Counted from the first letter of the stretch, positions 39,295-49,802 are shown. The stretch is DNA of 64,000 nt from Treponemataceae bacterium (GCA_963678065.2 CAXXVZ010000005.1:1024001-1088000), one strand, 5' to 3'. Notes: generated from the letters alone by a model not told the origin. Made by a program: numbers and translations.

Positions 39295-40851
39295 TCAATA
39301 TGCGCTTTTTGAAGCGCCACTTTTCTCAGGGAAAGATATCATACCATCCCAGCTGTTCAGTACTTTGCCCTCCCGAGCTTCTTTCTCGGAGAACCAGTGT
39401 GTAGTCACGCTCTTGAGCTCCGTATAGAATCGGACACCATCCGCCCCCATGGCATGGAGATCGCCAAAGAACGAGTTTTTGTGCCCGGTGAAACCGAACA
39501 CTCCGAGCGGCACAGGGATACCTACGTTGATCCCCACCTGCCCGCCGTCGGTCCGTTTCGCGAATTCGCGCGCGTAATATCCACTCTGCGTGTAAATGAC
39601 CGAGCCGTTCGCGAACTCGTTCGCGTTCATCAGTGCGATCCCTTCCTCGAAATCTTTCACGCGCTTGATGCAGAGGACGGGGCCAAAGACTTCCTGATTG
39701 CCGATGCTCATCTCCGGCGTGACGTGGTCCAGGAGGGTCGGGCCGAGGTAGAATCCGTTCTCGTAGCCTTTCACGACGATGTCTCTTCCATCGAGAACGA
39801 CTTCGGCGCCTTCCGCTATTCCCTTCGCAATCCAATTTGAAACGAAGGCGCGGTGCTCGGCGTTGACGACCGGACCCATCTGGCTCCATTTCTCGTACGC
39901 GGGCCCGACTTTGAGTTCGGACATGAATTTCTTCAGGATCGCGACGAGTTCATCGGCTATCTCTTCTTCGGCGACGATTACGGGAAGTGCCATGCAGCGT
40001 TCGCCCGCGCAACCGCAGGCCGAGTTGATGATGCCGCGGGCGGTTCTCTCCAGCGCGGCATCCTTGAGCACCAAAGCGTGATTTTTGGCCTCTGTAAGGC
40101 ATTGCACGCGCTTTCCGTTGGCCGCCGCCGTCTCGTAGATATGCCTGCCGACACCGGTGGAGCCGACGAACGTAATGCCCTTCACATCGGGATGCTTGAG
40201 AAGTATTTCGGCCTCATGCCTGGAACAGGTGACAAGATTGAGCACCCCTGAAGGCAAGCCCGCTTCCGCCCAGAGTTCCATGATCCGCATCGATGTCTGC
40301 GGCGTAAAACTCGCGGCCTTGATGACCATCGTGTTTCCCGTCGCGATACAGATAGGTGCCATCCACCCCATTGGGATCATGGCAGGGAAGTTCCAGGGAG
40401 CAATCCCCGCGAAGACTCCCATGCTTTCCATGTACTGGGTCGTATCGTATCCGGTCGAGCAATTCATCAAGGCAGGACCTTTCATAAGATGGGGTATCCC
40501 GCACGCGAATTCCACGACTTCCGTGACCTTCAGCACATCGCCCATGGCCTCGTCGAGCACCTTGCCGTTCTCGCGGGCGCAGAGAACGGTCAGTTCGTCG
40601 AGATGGCTGTCCAGCAGGGCTTTCATGCGGAATAGCACCTGCACTCTTTTGTTCGGCGGCGTATTCGACCAAGCCGGATATGCCGCTTTCGCCGAGGCTA
40701 CCGCCGCTTCAACCTCCGCCGCCGTGCACTGTGGAGCGCGAGCTATTATTTCACCCGTCGATGGATTGTAGCAGTCCATGTATTTGGTGGTTTCCGAGGT
40801 TTTCCATCCCCCATCGATCCAATACTGAAGCATCTTCATTTTCGCATCCAT
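39295..40851 (-). CDS. iolA: CoA-acylating (methyl)malonate-semialdehyde dehydrogenase, copy 2
   Basis: Same motifs as copy 1 (AGERCMA, FFGDLH); close paralog. Confidence 0.9.
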   Translation of the reverse strand: MDAKMKMLQYWIDGGWKTSETTKYMDCYNPSTGEIIARAPQCTAAEVEAAVASAKAAYPAWSNTPPNKRVQVLFRMKALLDSHLDELTVLCARENGKVLDEAMGDVLKVTEVVEFACGIPHLMKGPALMNCSTGYDTTQYMESMGVFAGIAPWNFPAMIPMGWMAPICIATGNTMVIKAASFTPQTSMRIMELWAEAGLPSGVLNLVTCSRHEAEILLKHPDVKGITFVGSTGVGRHIYETAAANGKRVQCLTEAKNHALVLKDAALERTARGIINSACGCAGERCMALPVIVAEEEIADELVAILKKFMSELKVGPAYEKWSQMGPVVNAEHRAFVSNWIAKGIAEGAEVVLDGRDIVVKGYENGFYLGPTLLDHVTPEMSIGNQEVFGPVLCIKRVKDFEEGIALMNANEFANGSVIYTQSGYYAREFAKRTDGGQVGINVGIPVPLGVFGFTGHKNSFFGDLHAMGADGVRFYTELKSVTTHWFSEKEAREGKVLNSWDGMISFPEKSGASKSAY

Positions 40852-40968
40852 TCTGTTATTCCTCCCGTAATTTCATTCATATGACATAAAACGCTCTTGG
40901 GTCCCACTTGCAATTCATCAACTTCCGCGCCCGCCCATCGATTGGTGAGGCATGCAGATACCCTATCC

Positions 40969-41655
40969 TCATTTTGCGCCTACCTTCCTCCTTCGGGCAT
41001 ACGTGAGCGCGAGGCCCAGGGCAACCGATAAATATGCCGCAGTAATGACCCTGTACTCGGAGGGCAGCATGAAGGTCAACGTATGGGCGGGGATCCAGAA
41101 CAAAGGGATAGTCTTTCCGACGACAAACCGGATGAAGTCCGGCCAATCCACTTCGGCTATGGCATCATTCAACATTACAATCTTCTTCCGCAAACGAAGA
41201 TCGATGAAAGTGTCGCAGACCCTGTGCGCTCCCATGAAGACAATGCCAAACGTCAAATTCATGAGAGCGCTCACGAAAAACGCCGCCAGCACCTTCGCCG
41301 GAAATCCTGTCCCGACAAAGAGGAGCTTTCTTTCAACGAGGCCTCTGACTCCATCCGAAAAGAGGGCGAACATCAAGACAATCGCCATCCCCACAATACC
41401 CCACACGAGCGCCTTGACAAGGAATCCTGGCGGCCTGTGCCATTTCCCCTCGAGAATGCGCATGGCCAGCAACTCGCCCATGGATGCCATTACGGCGAAC
41501 TTGAAGAAGCCCAGAAGATAAGGATGCACGTTGGTCAGCATCACAAAAGTATCGCGGCTTTTGGACACGACCAGTATCGCCGTTATTCCGCAGAAAATCG
41601 CGGCCCAGGAAAAATCCCCGATACGTGTTTTCATCCTGTTGTCAGAACCACTCAT
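40969..41655 (-). CDS. Membrane protein, Mpv17/PMP22-like
   Basis: Multiple TM segments, C-terminal FWIPAHTLTFMLP..YRV..A motif. Confidence 0.6.
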   Translation of the reverse strand: MSGSDNRMKTRIGDFSWAAIFCGITAILVVSKSRDTFVMLTNVHPYLLGFFKFAVMASMGELLAMRILEGKWHRPPGFLVKALVWGIVGMAIVLMFALFSDGVRGLVERKLLFVGTGFPAKVLAAFFVSALMNLTFGIVFMGAHRVCDTFIDLRLRKKIVMLNDAIAEVDWPDFIRFVVGKTIPLFWIPAHTLTFMLPSEYRVITAAYLSVALGLALTYARRRKVGAK

Positions 41656-42560
41656 TTGTCGCCCCTGGCCGCGACGAGGCAAGCGAGCGCGATGGAATCG
41701 ATCTTCGCCTTGGCGTTATCCGACCTGGAAACCATGACGATCGGTTTCAGGGCGCCCGCGACGATACCGGCGATTTTCGCGCCGGCATAATAGACGAGCG
41801 TCTTGCCTATCATATTGCCCGCCTCTATGTTCGGCACGATGAAGATGTCCACGTCTCCGGCGATGACGCTATGGATGCCTTTATGCCCGGCCGCTTCGCG
41901 GCTCGCTGCCACATCCATGGCTATCGGGCCCTCGACGATGCACGGCGGGAAATTGCCGGCTTTCCAGCGTTCCACCAGCGCCTGAGCATCCATCGTGGCG
42001 GGCATCTTGGGAGTGGGTTTTTCATTTGCCGCGAGGATGGCTATTTTCGGCATGTCGATGCCAAGCCCGCGAACGACCTCGATAGCATTACGAAGGATTT
42101 GCTCTTTCTCATCGAGGGTAGGGGCAATATTCATGCCCCCGTCAGAGTGAAAAACCAGCTTGCGCGACGATGGTATTTCAAACGCCGCGATATGGCTCAA
42201 TATCCTGCCGGACCGCAGGCCCCTGGAAGGGTCGAGGGCCGCCTTCAGGAAATCGGAACTGTTGATGCGGCCTTTTGCCAGGACATCGGCCTTTCCCTCC
42301 CTCACCATCTCCGCCGCGAGGAGGGCGGCGGCGGTATCATCCGGTTCGTGCACGATCGTGATGTCCGTGTCGAGTCCTATTTCCCTGCACATAGTCCCGA
42401 TCGCTCTTTCATCGCCGACCAGTATGGATCGGGCAAGTCCTATTCCCGCCGCGCCTTTCACCGCGAGAAGCACTTCCCGATCCTGGGCGACGGCAACGCA
42501 GATGGTACGCATGCCAAGGGCGCAGCTTTGCGCCACCAGTTGATCGAAGCTTGTGATCAT
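41652..42560 (-). CDS. ptb: Phosphate butyryl/acyltransferase
   Basis: ADVLAKG, ILSHIA, SDGGMNIAP, EGP.A.D.A, PNIEAGN, VSRSD. Confidence 0.88.
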   Translation of the reverse strand: MITSFDQLVAQSCALGMRTICVAVAQDREVLLAVKGAAGIGLARSILVGDERAIGTMCREIGLDTDITIVHEPDDTAAALLAAEMVREGKADVLAKGRINSSDFLKAALDPSRGLRSGRILSHIAAFEIPSSRKLVFHSDGGMNIAPTLDEKEQILRNAIEVVRGLGIDMPKIAILAANEKPTPKMPATMDAQALVERWKAGNFPPCIVEGPIAMDVAASREAAGHKGIHSVIAGDVDIFIVPNIEAGNMIGKTLVYYAGAKIAGIVAGALKPIVMVSRSDNAKAKIDSIALACLVAARGDK

Positions 42561-43642
42561 CGGCCTTTCCCCATTCCCTGCCCGTATATCTTCGCCTTTT
42601 CCTCGCCCCGCAGCACCCGCAATGCGCCAGCCGCCAGGGACACAAGCTCTTCCTCTCCGGGAACGACCTTTATCGGCGCGATGAACTCGACACGTTCCGA
42701 GATTTCGCGGACGAAAACCTCGTCGTGCGCGATTCCCCCTGTGAGGATGATCCTGTCCACCTGACCCCGGAGCACGGTGGCCATCGCGCCGATTTCCTTG
42801 GCCGTCTGGTACGCCATGGCCGCGAGCACGATGGCTGCCTTGGAGTCGCCGCTTTCGGCCATCCTGCGGGCCGCGCGGATATCTTTCGTGCCGAGATAGG
42901 CGCACATGCCTCCGGAGCCCATCATGCGCGACAGCAATTCCTTTTCCTTGTATTTTCCCGAATAACACAGGCGGATAAGCTCGAGAGAAGGTACGCTGCC
43001 TGCGCGATCCGGAGAGAAGGGGCCCTCCTCCCGAGCGTTATTCACATCTATCATCCTTCCGCTGCGGTGTGCGGAGATCGATATCCCGGAGCCGAGATGC
43101 GCCACGATGAAATTGACTTCGCCATAACCCTTGCCCATTTCCCCGGCTACTTTTCTCGCGACAGCTTTGCTGTTGAGGGCGTGGGAGAGGCTTTCCCGGG
43201 GCAACTCCGGCAACCCCGAGAGTCCCGCGACTTCTTCCATTTCATCCACCGCCACGGGATCCACTATGAAAGCCGGTACCCCCGCGCCGCTGGCGAGCCT
43301 GTACGCGATTATGGCTCCCAGGTTGGATGCGTGCTCACCTCTTTGCGCTTCTTCCAGGTCGGCGAGCATCGCACCGTTGACTTCGTAGGTTCCTCCCTCA
43401 AGAGGCCGCAGAAGCCCGCCCCTGCCGACGACCGCGTCGAGCGATGATCGGGGAATGCCCGCTTCGCCGAGAGCTTTCGTGACAATCTCCAGCCGGTAAG
43501 GCCATTGATCGAAAACCCTTTCATACCGCTCCAGGTCATCACCTTGATGCTCGACAGTACAGCGCATCGCCTCGCGTTCGTCGTCAAAGACAGCCATCTT
43601 GGTGGAAGTCGAGCCTGGATTTATCGCGAGCACCCTTTTCAT
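42557..43642 (-). CDS. buk: Butyrate kinase
   Basis: INPGSTSTK, GRGGLL, EHASNLG, HALN, HLGSGIS, EGPFSP.R.G, LTGGIA. Confidence 0.95.
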   Translation of the reverse strand: MKRVLAINPGSTSTKMAVFDDEREAMRCTVEHQGDDLERYERVFDQWPYRLEIVTKALGEAGIPRSSLDAVVGRGGLLRPLEGGTYEVNGAMLADLEEAQRGEHASNLGAIIAYRLASGAGVPAFIVDPVAVDEMEEVAGLSGLPELPRESLSHALNSKAVARKVAGEMGKGYGEVNFIVAHLGSGISISAHRSGRMIDVNNAREEGPFSPDRAGSVPSLELIRLCYSGKYKEKELLSRMMGSGGMCAYLGTKDIRAARRMAESGDSKAAIVLAAMAYQTAKEIGAMATVLRGQVDRIILTGGIAHDEVFVREISERVEFIAPIKVVPGEEELVSLAAGALRVLRGEEKAKIYGQGMGKGR

Positions 43643-43723
43643 CGTCAACACTCCCTCGTCGGAACTCACAGGGGAAATCCCGATCGCCCGGTCTCGCCGA
43701 CTTCTATACGGAATGCGAGAATT

Positions 43724-45394
43724 CTATTTTCCGGGGCGCCAGGGAGCAGGAGGTTCGATACCCAGATCGGTGATCACTTCCACGAGAGCGGGCCTGTCGG
43801 CGGCGAGCGCCATCTTCAAAGCAGGCGCTATCTCTTCCGGGTCCTCGACGCGCACGGCGAAAACGCCCATCGCCTTGGCAATTTCCGCAAAACTGATATC
43901 CTTTTTGAAAACGTAATTGCCGTGATCGAATTCTTTGCCTTTGAACAAAGCTCTGCGAACGTTCGACCCCTGTCCGTACCCATAATTGTTGTTGACCACG
44001 GTGATGGTCTTTATGCCGTACCGCATCTGGGTTTCCATTTCCGTCAGGTGGTACCACAATCCTCCGTCTCCCGTAAAACAGAAGACGGGGCGATCGCCCG
44101 CCGCGCATTTGACGCCGAGAGAAGCCGGATATGCCCAGCCCAAGGAGCCTCCACCCGGCCTTATGTAGGTTTGACCGGCTCTTATCCTGATCCTCGAGCA
44201 TGTCCAGATCGAAGCGTGCCCCGTATCGGCCACGAGGACGGCGTCATCGGGCATCATGGCCTCGAGTTCCTTGCAGAGCCGTTCCGGGCGAATCGGGATC
44301 GCGCCGGAATTGGCGTTTCCCGACTCCTCCCGGTACCACGCATCCACGATGCCCCTGACGGTGGCGATCCAGTCCCCGTCTGCGCAGGGGAAAGCGGCCT
44401 GGGCGAGGGCTTCGGCGCACAGTCTGGCGTCGCCCAGAACTCCCGCCTCAATGGAGTAGTTCCTTCCCAGTTCGACAGGATCGATATCCATCTGCACGAT
44501 TCTGGTCTTCTGATCCGGGATGGTCCAATCGAGGGTAACCTGATCGCCTGTATGGCTCCCGATGTATATGACGAGATCGGCGCGGGCGACGACTTCGTTG
44601 GCCGTGTTTCTGCAATAGTTCCCGACGCAGCCGACGCTCAGAGGATGATCTTCGGGGATAGTCCCCTTGCCGCTCGCAGATGTGGCGACGGGGATATTGA
44701 GTCTTTCGGCCATCGCCGTCACGGCTGCTCCGGCATCGGAGCGAATCACACCGCCGCCCGCGACGATCACGGGCCTCTTCGATTCCCGCAATATCCTCGC
44801 CACCGCGGCTATCGAGGAAAGGTCCGGTAGGATCCGATGGGGAGGAAGCTGGAACGCGGAGACGTTTTTGATGTCGGGGAAATCCCCTTCCGCCCGATCC
44901 AGAAATCCGAGGAAATTCACCATGTCGAGGTGTGCCGGCCCCGGATTGCCGGAAACCGCTTCCCGTATCGCCTGGGGAAAATACAGCGAGAGCTGCTGGA
45001 TGGTTTCCGCGGAGACATTGTACTTTGTTACCGGCTGATAAAAAGGACGGTGATCCACTTCCTGATAGGAATTCCGGTTCTGGAAAATCTGATCTTTCTT
45101 TCCGGTCAGTGCGATGACGGGAGAATTGCTGAGGTAGGGCTCCTGCAATCCCGCGGCCAGGTTGGCTGCTCCCACGGACTGGGCGAAGACGAAACCAGGC
45201 TTTCTCGCCATGCGGGCGAATCCGTCGGCCATATAGGCCGCTGATTTTTCGCAATGGCAGATGATCCTCTCGATTCCATTCCGCTGCAATTCATACATGG
45301 TCTCCCAGAACGAGGTCTCCATTATGAAGATGTGGCTGTTCCCGATCGATTTTATCGTATCAGCCATGAATTTCGCGCCTGTTGTTCTCATCAT
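43724..45394 (-). CDS. ThDP-dependent enzyme (acetolactate synthase-like superfamily)
   Basis: HCE..AAYMADGFAR, GAANL, PGPAHLD, GDGG..NNN. Confidence 0.88.
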   Translation of the reverse strand: MMRTTGAKFMADTIKSIGNSHIFIMETSFWETMYELQRNGIERIICHCEKSAAYMADGFARMARKPGFVFAQSVGAANLAAGLQEPYLSNSPVIALTGKKDQIFQNRNSYQEVDHRPFYQPVTKYNVSAETIQQLSLYFPQAIREAVSGNPGPAHLDMVNFLGFLDRAEGDFPDIKNVSAFQLPPHRILPDLSSIAAVARILRESKRPVIVAGGGVIRSDAGAAVTAMAERLNIPVATSASGKGTIPEDHPLSVGCVGNYCRNTANEVVARADLVIYIGSHTGDQVTLDWTIPDQKTRIVQMDIDPVELGRNYSIEAGVLGDARLCAEALAQAAFPCADGDWIATVRGIVDAWYREESGNANSGAIPIRPERLCKELEAMMPDDAVLVADTGHASIWTCSRIRIRAGQTYIRPGGGSLGWAYPASLGVKCAAGDRPVFCFTGDGGLWYHLTEMETQMRYGIKTITVVNNNYGYGQGSNVRRALFKGKEFDHGNYVFKKDISFAEIAKAMGVFAVRVEDPEEIAPALKMALAADRPALVEVITDLGIEPPAPWRPGK

Positions 45395-45412
45395 GATCTC
45401 CTGGATTCTTCT

Positions 45413-46222
45413 TTATACGTTCCCCACGAAAAGCGACCACTCGTGTCCCGGCAGGACGAGTTCTTTTCTGTTCAGCGTCAGGGCTTTGGCTTTATAGATG
45501 CTGTCATACCAGGAATAGTAGTCGTAGGTGATGCTCGACGGTTCGGCGGGAGTTATGGCCGCCGCCGGTTTTCTCTTCACTTTCGTACTGTTCCCGTACA
45601 TGTCGGTGAATATGTCCATGTCCGGAAAGAAATGAAGATAGTCGTTGCAGAGATCACCCAACAGAAGCATTCTTCCTTTCCCTGTTTCCACGGTAATTAT
45701 CTGATGACCAAGGGTATGTCCCGGGGTCTTGTAGAGGGAAATCCCCGGAAGGAATTCGAAATCCCCATCCACGGGAATCGTGTCGAGCTTCTCAAGTTTG
45801 GGGATGACCCCGGGATCGTAGTCTTTCCGCAGGATCTGCACAGGAAGGGGATGAAGCAGATTCGTCCATTCATCTTTCTGGAATACGTGCTTGGCCCGGG
45901 GGAATAGATGGCAATTCCCGGCATGGTCGTTGTGGAGGTGGGTATAGAGCACGACATCGATGTCTTCGGGGACAAGATCGAATTTTTTCAATGCCCTTGT
46001 CACGAAAGAGGCGCCCCCTTCGGCAGGGAATCCAGCGAAGGCCTTCCCGTCGACGAAATAGTCTTCGCTCACCCCGCAGTCGACCAGGATATTGAAATGT
46101 CCGCTCCGGAGCAGGAAACCGCAGTAGGGTGTATCGACAGGCTTGGTCAGGCCCGCGAAAAGATACTCGGGGGGAACGAGCATTTTGCCATAATAAAGAA
46201 TTCCCAGATCCCACGATGCCAT
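45413..46222 (-). CDS. Metallo-beta-lactamase-fold hydrolase (N-acyl homoserine lactonase family)
   Basis: THLHNDHAG, TPGHT.GH, GD, PGH. Confidence 0.88.
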   Translation of the reverse strand: MASWDLGILYYGKMLVPPEYLFAGLTKPVDTPYCGFLLRSGHFNILVDCGVSEDYFVDGKAFAGFPAEGGASFVTRALKKFDLVPEDIDVVLYTHLHNDHAGNCHLFPRAKHVFQKDEWTNLLHPLPVQILRKDYDPGVIPKLEKLDTIPVDGDFEFLPGISLYKTPGHTLGHQIITVETGKGRMLLLGDLCNDYLHFFPDMDIFTDMYGNSTKVKRKPAAAITPAEPSSITYDYYSWYDSIYKAKALTLNRKELVLPGHEWSLFVGNV

Positions 46223-46255
46223 CTTCGTCTCCTTTTTGACAATCAAGAAATCTTT

Positions 46256-47461
46256 TCATCCTTCCTTGAAAACTTCATCGAGCCAGTCGAACAGCTCGCA
46301 GGCCATGAGGACACGGTTCTCGCCCGTGCAATGGGCGGCGGCTCCTTCGTTGAAAGGCGTAACCACCTTCTTTTTCCTGTCCGTGTTCACCCGTTCCATG
46401 TAGATCTGGCCTTGTCGATGCCCAATGGGATTGGCTGCCTCACCCTCCCCGACCACATTCAGAACAGGGCATGTGATATCCGCAGGATCATACGAGAAAC
46501 CCTTCGTCGCCTCCGCCTGTCCCGTAAAATTCCCGGGTTTCAGGCCCAGGCGCCATACGACGTTTTCGGTCACTCCCTTCCCGAAAGGTGACCATGTCTT
46601 GTCGATTTCATCCTGGGTGAGCTTCGAAAACGGCATGGCCGCGAACATTTCGTAATTGTCGATGACGGCGGCATTGGTGATGAGGGCTTTGATTCTCTTG
46701 TCGACGCTCGCGGCCCTGGGAGCGAAATAACCTCCGAAGCTGATCCCCAACACCGAAAGCCTCTCGGAATCGACTTCGGGCATTTTCGTGACGACATCCA
46801 GTATCGCCCCGATGGGTTTTTCCGCGTTTCCCCTGAAGAATAGCCCTTCAGCCGGGAGCAGACCCTGCCCGGGGATATCTACAGTGACGAAATTGTATCC
46901 GCGTTCCACCGCGAGAGGACCGATGTAGAAGAGGTTGTCCGTGAGGAAGCATTCCCCTCCGCCCACCATGAGAAGGGTCTTGCGGGGCTTCCCGTCATTC
47001 GCCACGGGCCAGAAGAAGCCCGGCAGGACCGCGTTCTCGAAGGGAACCCCTATCGGGATCATCGCGGGTTCCATGAGGCTGCCGGCCTTTTCGATACACC
47101 CGTACGATTTCTTGCCGAGCGAAAGATAGTCGGCGTCCCAGGGGAGCCTCGAAGTGAGGGATGAACGGTAATAATTCGCCGCGAGCAAGAAATTTTTGGA
47201 CGCCGAAACCTTGTGCCCCTTTCTCATTGCCTCTTCCGCCCGCGACTCCTTCCGCTCGGCCAATTCCTTCCATTCGCGCTGCCAGCTCTCGGGATCCCCG
47301 TCCTTTATCCTTCCGGCGGCGTAGAATGCCTCGCCAATGACGCAACCGCCCGTCGATATGCTGCCAAGGAGCCATTGGAAAACAAAATCCATCTCGATAT
47401 TCTTGAAATAGTAGCTCGAGTACACACGATGAGCGTCGAAGACTTCCTTCTGCGCTTCCAT
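46256..47461 (-). CDS. Alpha/beta hydrolase (2,6-dihydroxypseudooxynicotine hydrolase/FrsA-like)
   Basis: A.NYYR, DIPGQG, GISFGGY, GAAAHC; start uncertain (47461, 47512 or 47536). Confidence 0.78.
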   Translation of the reverse strand: MEAQKEVFDAHRVYSSYYFKNIEMDFVFQWLLGSISTGGCVIGEAFYAAGRIKDGDPESWQREWKELAERKESRAEEAMRKGHKVSASKNFLLAANYYRSSLTSRLPWDADYLSLGKKSYGCIEKAGSLMEPAMIPIGVPFENAVLPGFFWPVANDGKPRKTLLMVGGGECFLTDNLFYIGPLAVERGYNFVTVDIPGQGLLPAEGLFFRGNAEKPIGAILDVVTKMPEVDSERLSVLGISFGGYFAPRAASVDKRIKALITNAAVIDNYEMFAAMPFSKLTQDEIDKTWSPFGKGVTENVVWRLGLKPGNFTGQAEATKGFSYDPADITCPVLNVVGEGEAANPIGHRQGQIYMERVNTDRKKKVVTPFNEGAAAHCTGENRVLMACELFDWLDEVFKEG

Positions 47462-47706
47462 CGCCGATGTCGAGCCGGCCTTCTCTTTTTCGCAGCATGA
47501 TGGATTATTCACGGCGATCCTCCCTTCGATGAACACTCAAGGATGATGATATGTGATGAATCCGCTCCGAAATATAGGTTTCTTGCTCTTCATTTTTCAT
47601 CGCTTGCTCTCCGCTTATCCATGATTGCTATCGGGAACGCGTGGGTTTCCCTCCGGTGCGCCGGAACGATTTGTATTGACAAATTCATTGCTCTATATGA
47701 AAATAA

Positions 47707-48429
47707 ATGATGCCTTTCATCCAGATAAACCACATCGGCCTGACGATCGACGATATCCTTCGTTCAATCGGTATTCCCCGAGCCCGAACCGGAATGTTGA
47801 AAAGCTCCCTTCCCGAAATCTGCGGCAGGACCCTCGAAACGATGAAGGAACTCATCGAGCAGAGGATACTGTATAGAGTACTCCCCGTGTTGTCAGTCGC
47901 GGAAAATGGCTTTCGCCTGGAAGCGGGCATCCCGGGAAAGACCGAAGAGTTCCTGTTCGGAGGTCCGGGCTTGGTGAAGGCCATACCTGGGGCATCCTGT
48001 TTGATCGTCATCCTGATTACGCTGGGTCCCGAACTGGAACGGAAGGCTTTGGAGTTGTCAAAAACCAGCGTGGTCGAAGGATATACGCTCGATTGCGCCG
48101 GGGGAGCTGCCTTGCGCTATTTTTCTGACGCTGTCTGCTCTCATTTTGAAAAGGAGTATGCCCGAACGGGATTGGCGGTTTCCCATCCCTATGATCCGGG
48201 CATGGATGGCTGGCCGGTGGAACAGGGACAGAGAGAGATCTTCTCGATCCTCGATGGCCGGGAAGCGGGAGTCGTGCTCAACGGGCACTTCATGATGATT
48301 CCCCAGAAATCGGTGACGATGGTCCTTGGTGTAGGGGAACATTTCCCGTTTACGAGACGCTCCTGTCATGTCTGTTCCTGTCGTGACACCTGCGTCTACA
48401 AGGTTGCATGCGCATCCATGATTCCGTGA
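47707..48429 (+). CDS. Stand-alone methionine-synthase reactivation-domain-like protein
   Basis: TLGPELE, LD..G, PG..GWP..QR.IF, MIPQKSVT..G, C-terminal CHVCSCRDTC; TTGACA at 47676. Confidence 0.78.
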   Translation: MMPFIQINHIGLTIDDILRSIGIPRARTGMLKSSLPEICGRTLETMKELIEQRILYRVLPVLSVAENGFRLEAGIPGKTEEFLFGGPGLVKAIPGASCLIVILITLGPELERKALELSKTSVVEGYTLDCAGGAALRYFSDAVCSHFEKEYARTGLAVSHPYDPGMDGWPVEQGQREIFSILDGREAGVVLNGHFMMIPQKSVTMVLGVGEHFPFTRRSCHVCSCRDTCVYKVACASMIP

Positions 48430-48438
48430 AAATCCTCG

Positions 48439-48469
48439 ATCCGGATGTCGTCGCCGACGGCATCCGGAT
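48439..48469. terminator. Hairpin between convergent genes
   Basis: atccggatgtcgtc-gcc-gacggcatccggat. Confidence 0.55.
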
Positions 48470-48492
48470 GAAGACATACACCTTCATTCAAT

Positions 48493-49800
48493 CTAGAAAA
48501 GCTTACTGGGCAGCCATAGACTGATAATCGGGAATGCCATAAGCAGGACGACTACCAGCAATTCCAGAACGACATACCAGGATATCCCTTTGAATATCTC
48601 CGCGAGGGAAACATTGTCCCCGACCACACCCTTGATGACGAAGACCGACATCCCGAAGGGCGGGGTAATAGCCCCGATTTCGCTCATTTTTATAAAAAGA
48701 ATGCCAAACCAGATGAGATTGATATTCATCTGCATCATAACAGGAAGAAGGATGGGGATCGTCAGAAGCAGGCTGGCGATGGCGGGAAGGAAAACCCCCA
48801 GGACGAAGTACACAACCATCAGGACGGCGAGGAAAGCCCATATAGGCAAATTGGCGGCGACGATCGCGTTGCTCAGGATTCTGGGAAGGCCCGTGACATC
48901 GATGAAGACAACGAATATCGCCGACGCGATCAGGATGATGAAGAGGACGGCAGTCACTTCCACGGTCTCCAGCAGACCCTGACGAAGCGCGGCCCACGTG
49001 CATTTCTTCTTCACGATCATGATGATGAATGCCGTGAACGCGGAGAGAGCGGCGGCCTCGGTGGCTGTAAACCAGCCCGTATAGATGCTCAGGAACATTA
49101 CGAGGAATATTACGCCGATGCCCCACAGGCCTTTCAAGGCTTTTATTTTCTCGATTCTGGTAATCGGCGTCGTATTTACTTCCGGGGCCAGTTCGGGATG
49201 CCTGCGCACTCTGAAATAAATGGCAACCACGTATATCACAATGGAGAGAATACCCGGGATATACCCGGCAAGCAGCATTTTCCCCAAGGATACCTGCGTA
49301 TATACAGCGTACACGACCATCATGATGCTCGGGGGGATCATCGACGCGATAGTCGAGGTAGCCGCTATCGTTCCGGTCGCAAAGCCCTTGTCGTATTTCT
49401 TGTTTATCATTTCGGGAACCGCGAGTTTCGCGAGGGCGACCGTCGCCGGCACTCCCGACCCCATGCATGCGCCTATCGGCACGGAAGCGACGCAGGAGGC
49501 CATGGCGAGACCGCCCGGAATTTTCCGCAGCCACACCTCGGCGGCGTCAAAGGCGGATTTCGTGATTCCCGATTCCATCGCAATATATCCCATGAACAAA
49601 AACAAAGGCACGGCCGTGAAGGAATAATCAGACGCCAGTTTGAATGCCTGGGAGGAGATCAACTCCAATGTCTGAGGAATCCCCAACATAAAGAAGAGGG
49701 AAATGATCGCAGGCAGACCGATAGCGATGGTGATATGGCAACCCATGGCCATGAGGACGAGAATAAGAACGAACCCGAATAGGCCGATGAATGGTTCCAT
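48493..49800 (-). CDS. dctM: TRAP transporter large permease
   Basis: AVPLFLFMG, MIPPSI, TATEAA, ITPPFG. Confidence 0.92.
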   Translation of the reverse strand: MEPFIGLFGFVLILVLMAMGCHITIAIGLPAIISLFFMLGIPQTLELISSQAFKLASDYSFTAVPLFLFMGYIAMESGITKSAFDAAEVWLRKIPGGLAMASCVASVPIGACMGSGVPATVALAKLAVPEMINKKYDKGFATGTIAATSTIASMIPPSIMMVVYAVYTQVSLGKMLLAGYIPGILSIVIYVVAIYFRVRRHPELAPEVNTTPITRIEKIKALKGLWGIGVIFLVMFLSIYTGWFTATEAAALSAFTAFIIMIVKKKCTWAALRQGLLETVEVTAVLFIILIASAIFVVFIDVTGLPRILSNAIVAANLPIWAFLAVLMVVYFVLGVFLPAIASLLLTIPILLPVMMQMNINLIWFGILFIKMSEIGAITPPFGMSVFVIKGVVGDNVSLAEIFKGISWYVVLELLVVVLLMAFPIISLWLPSKLF

Positions 49801-49802
49801 GT

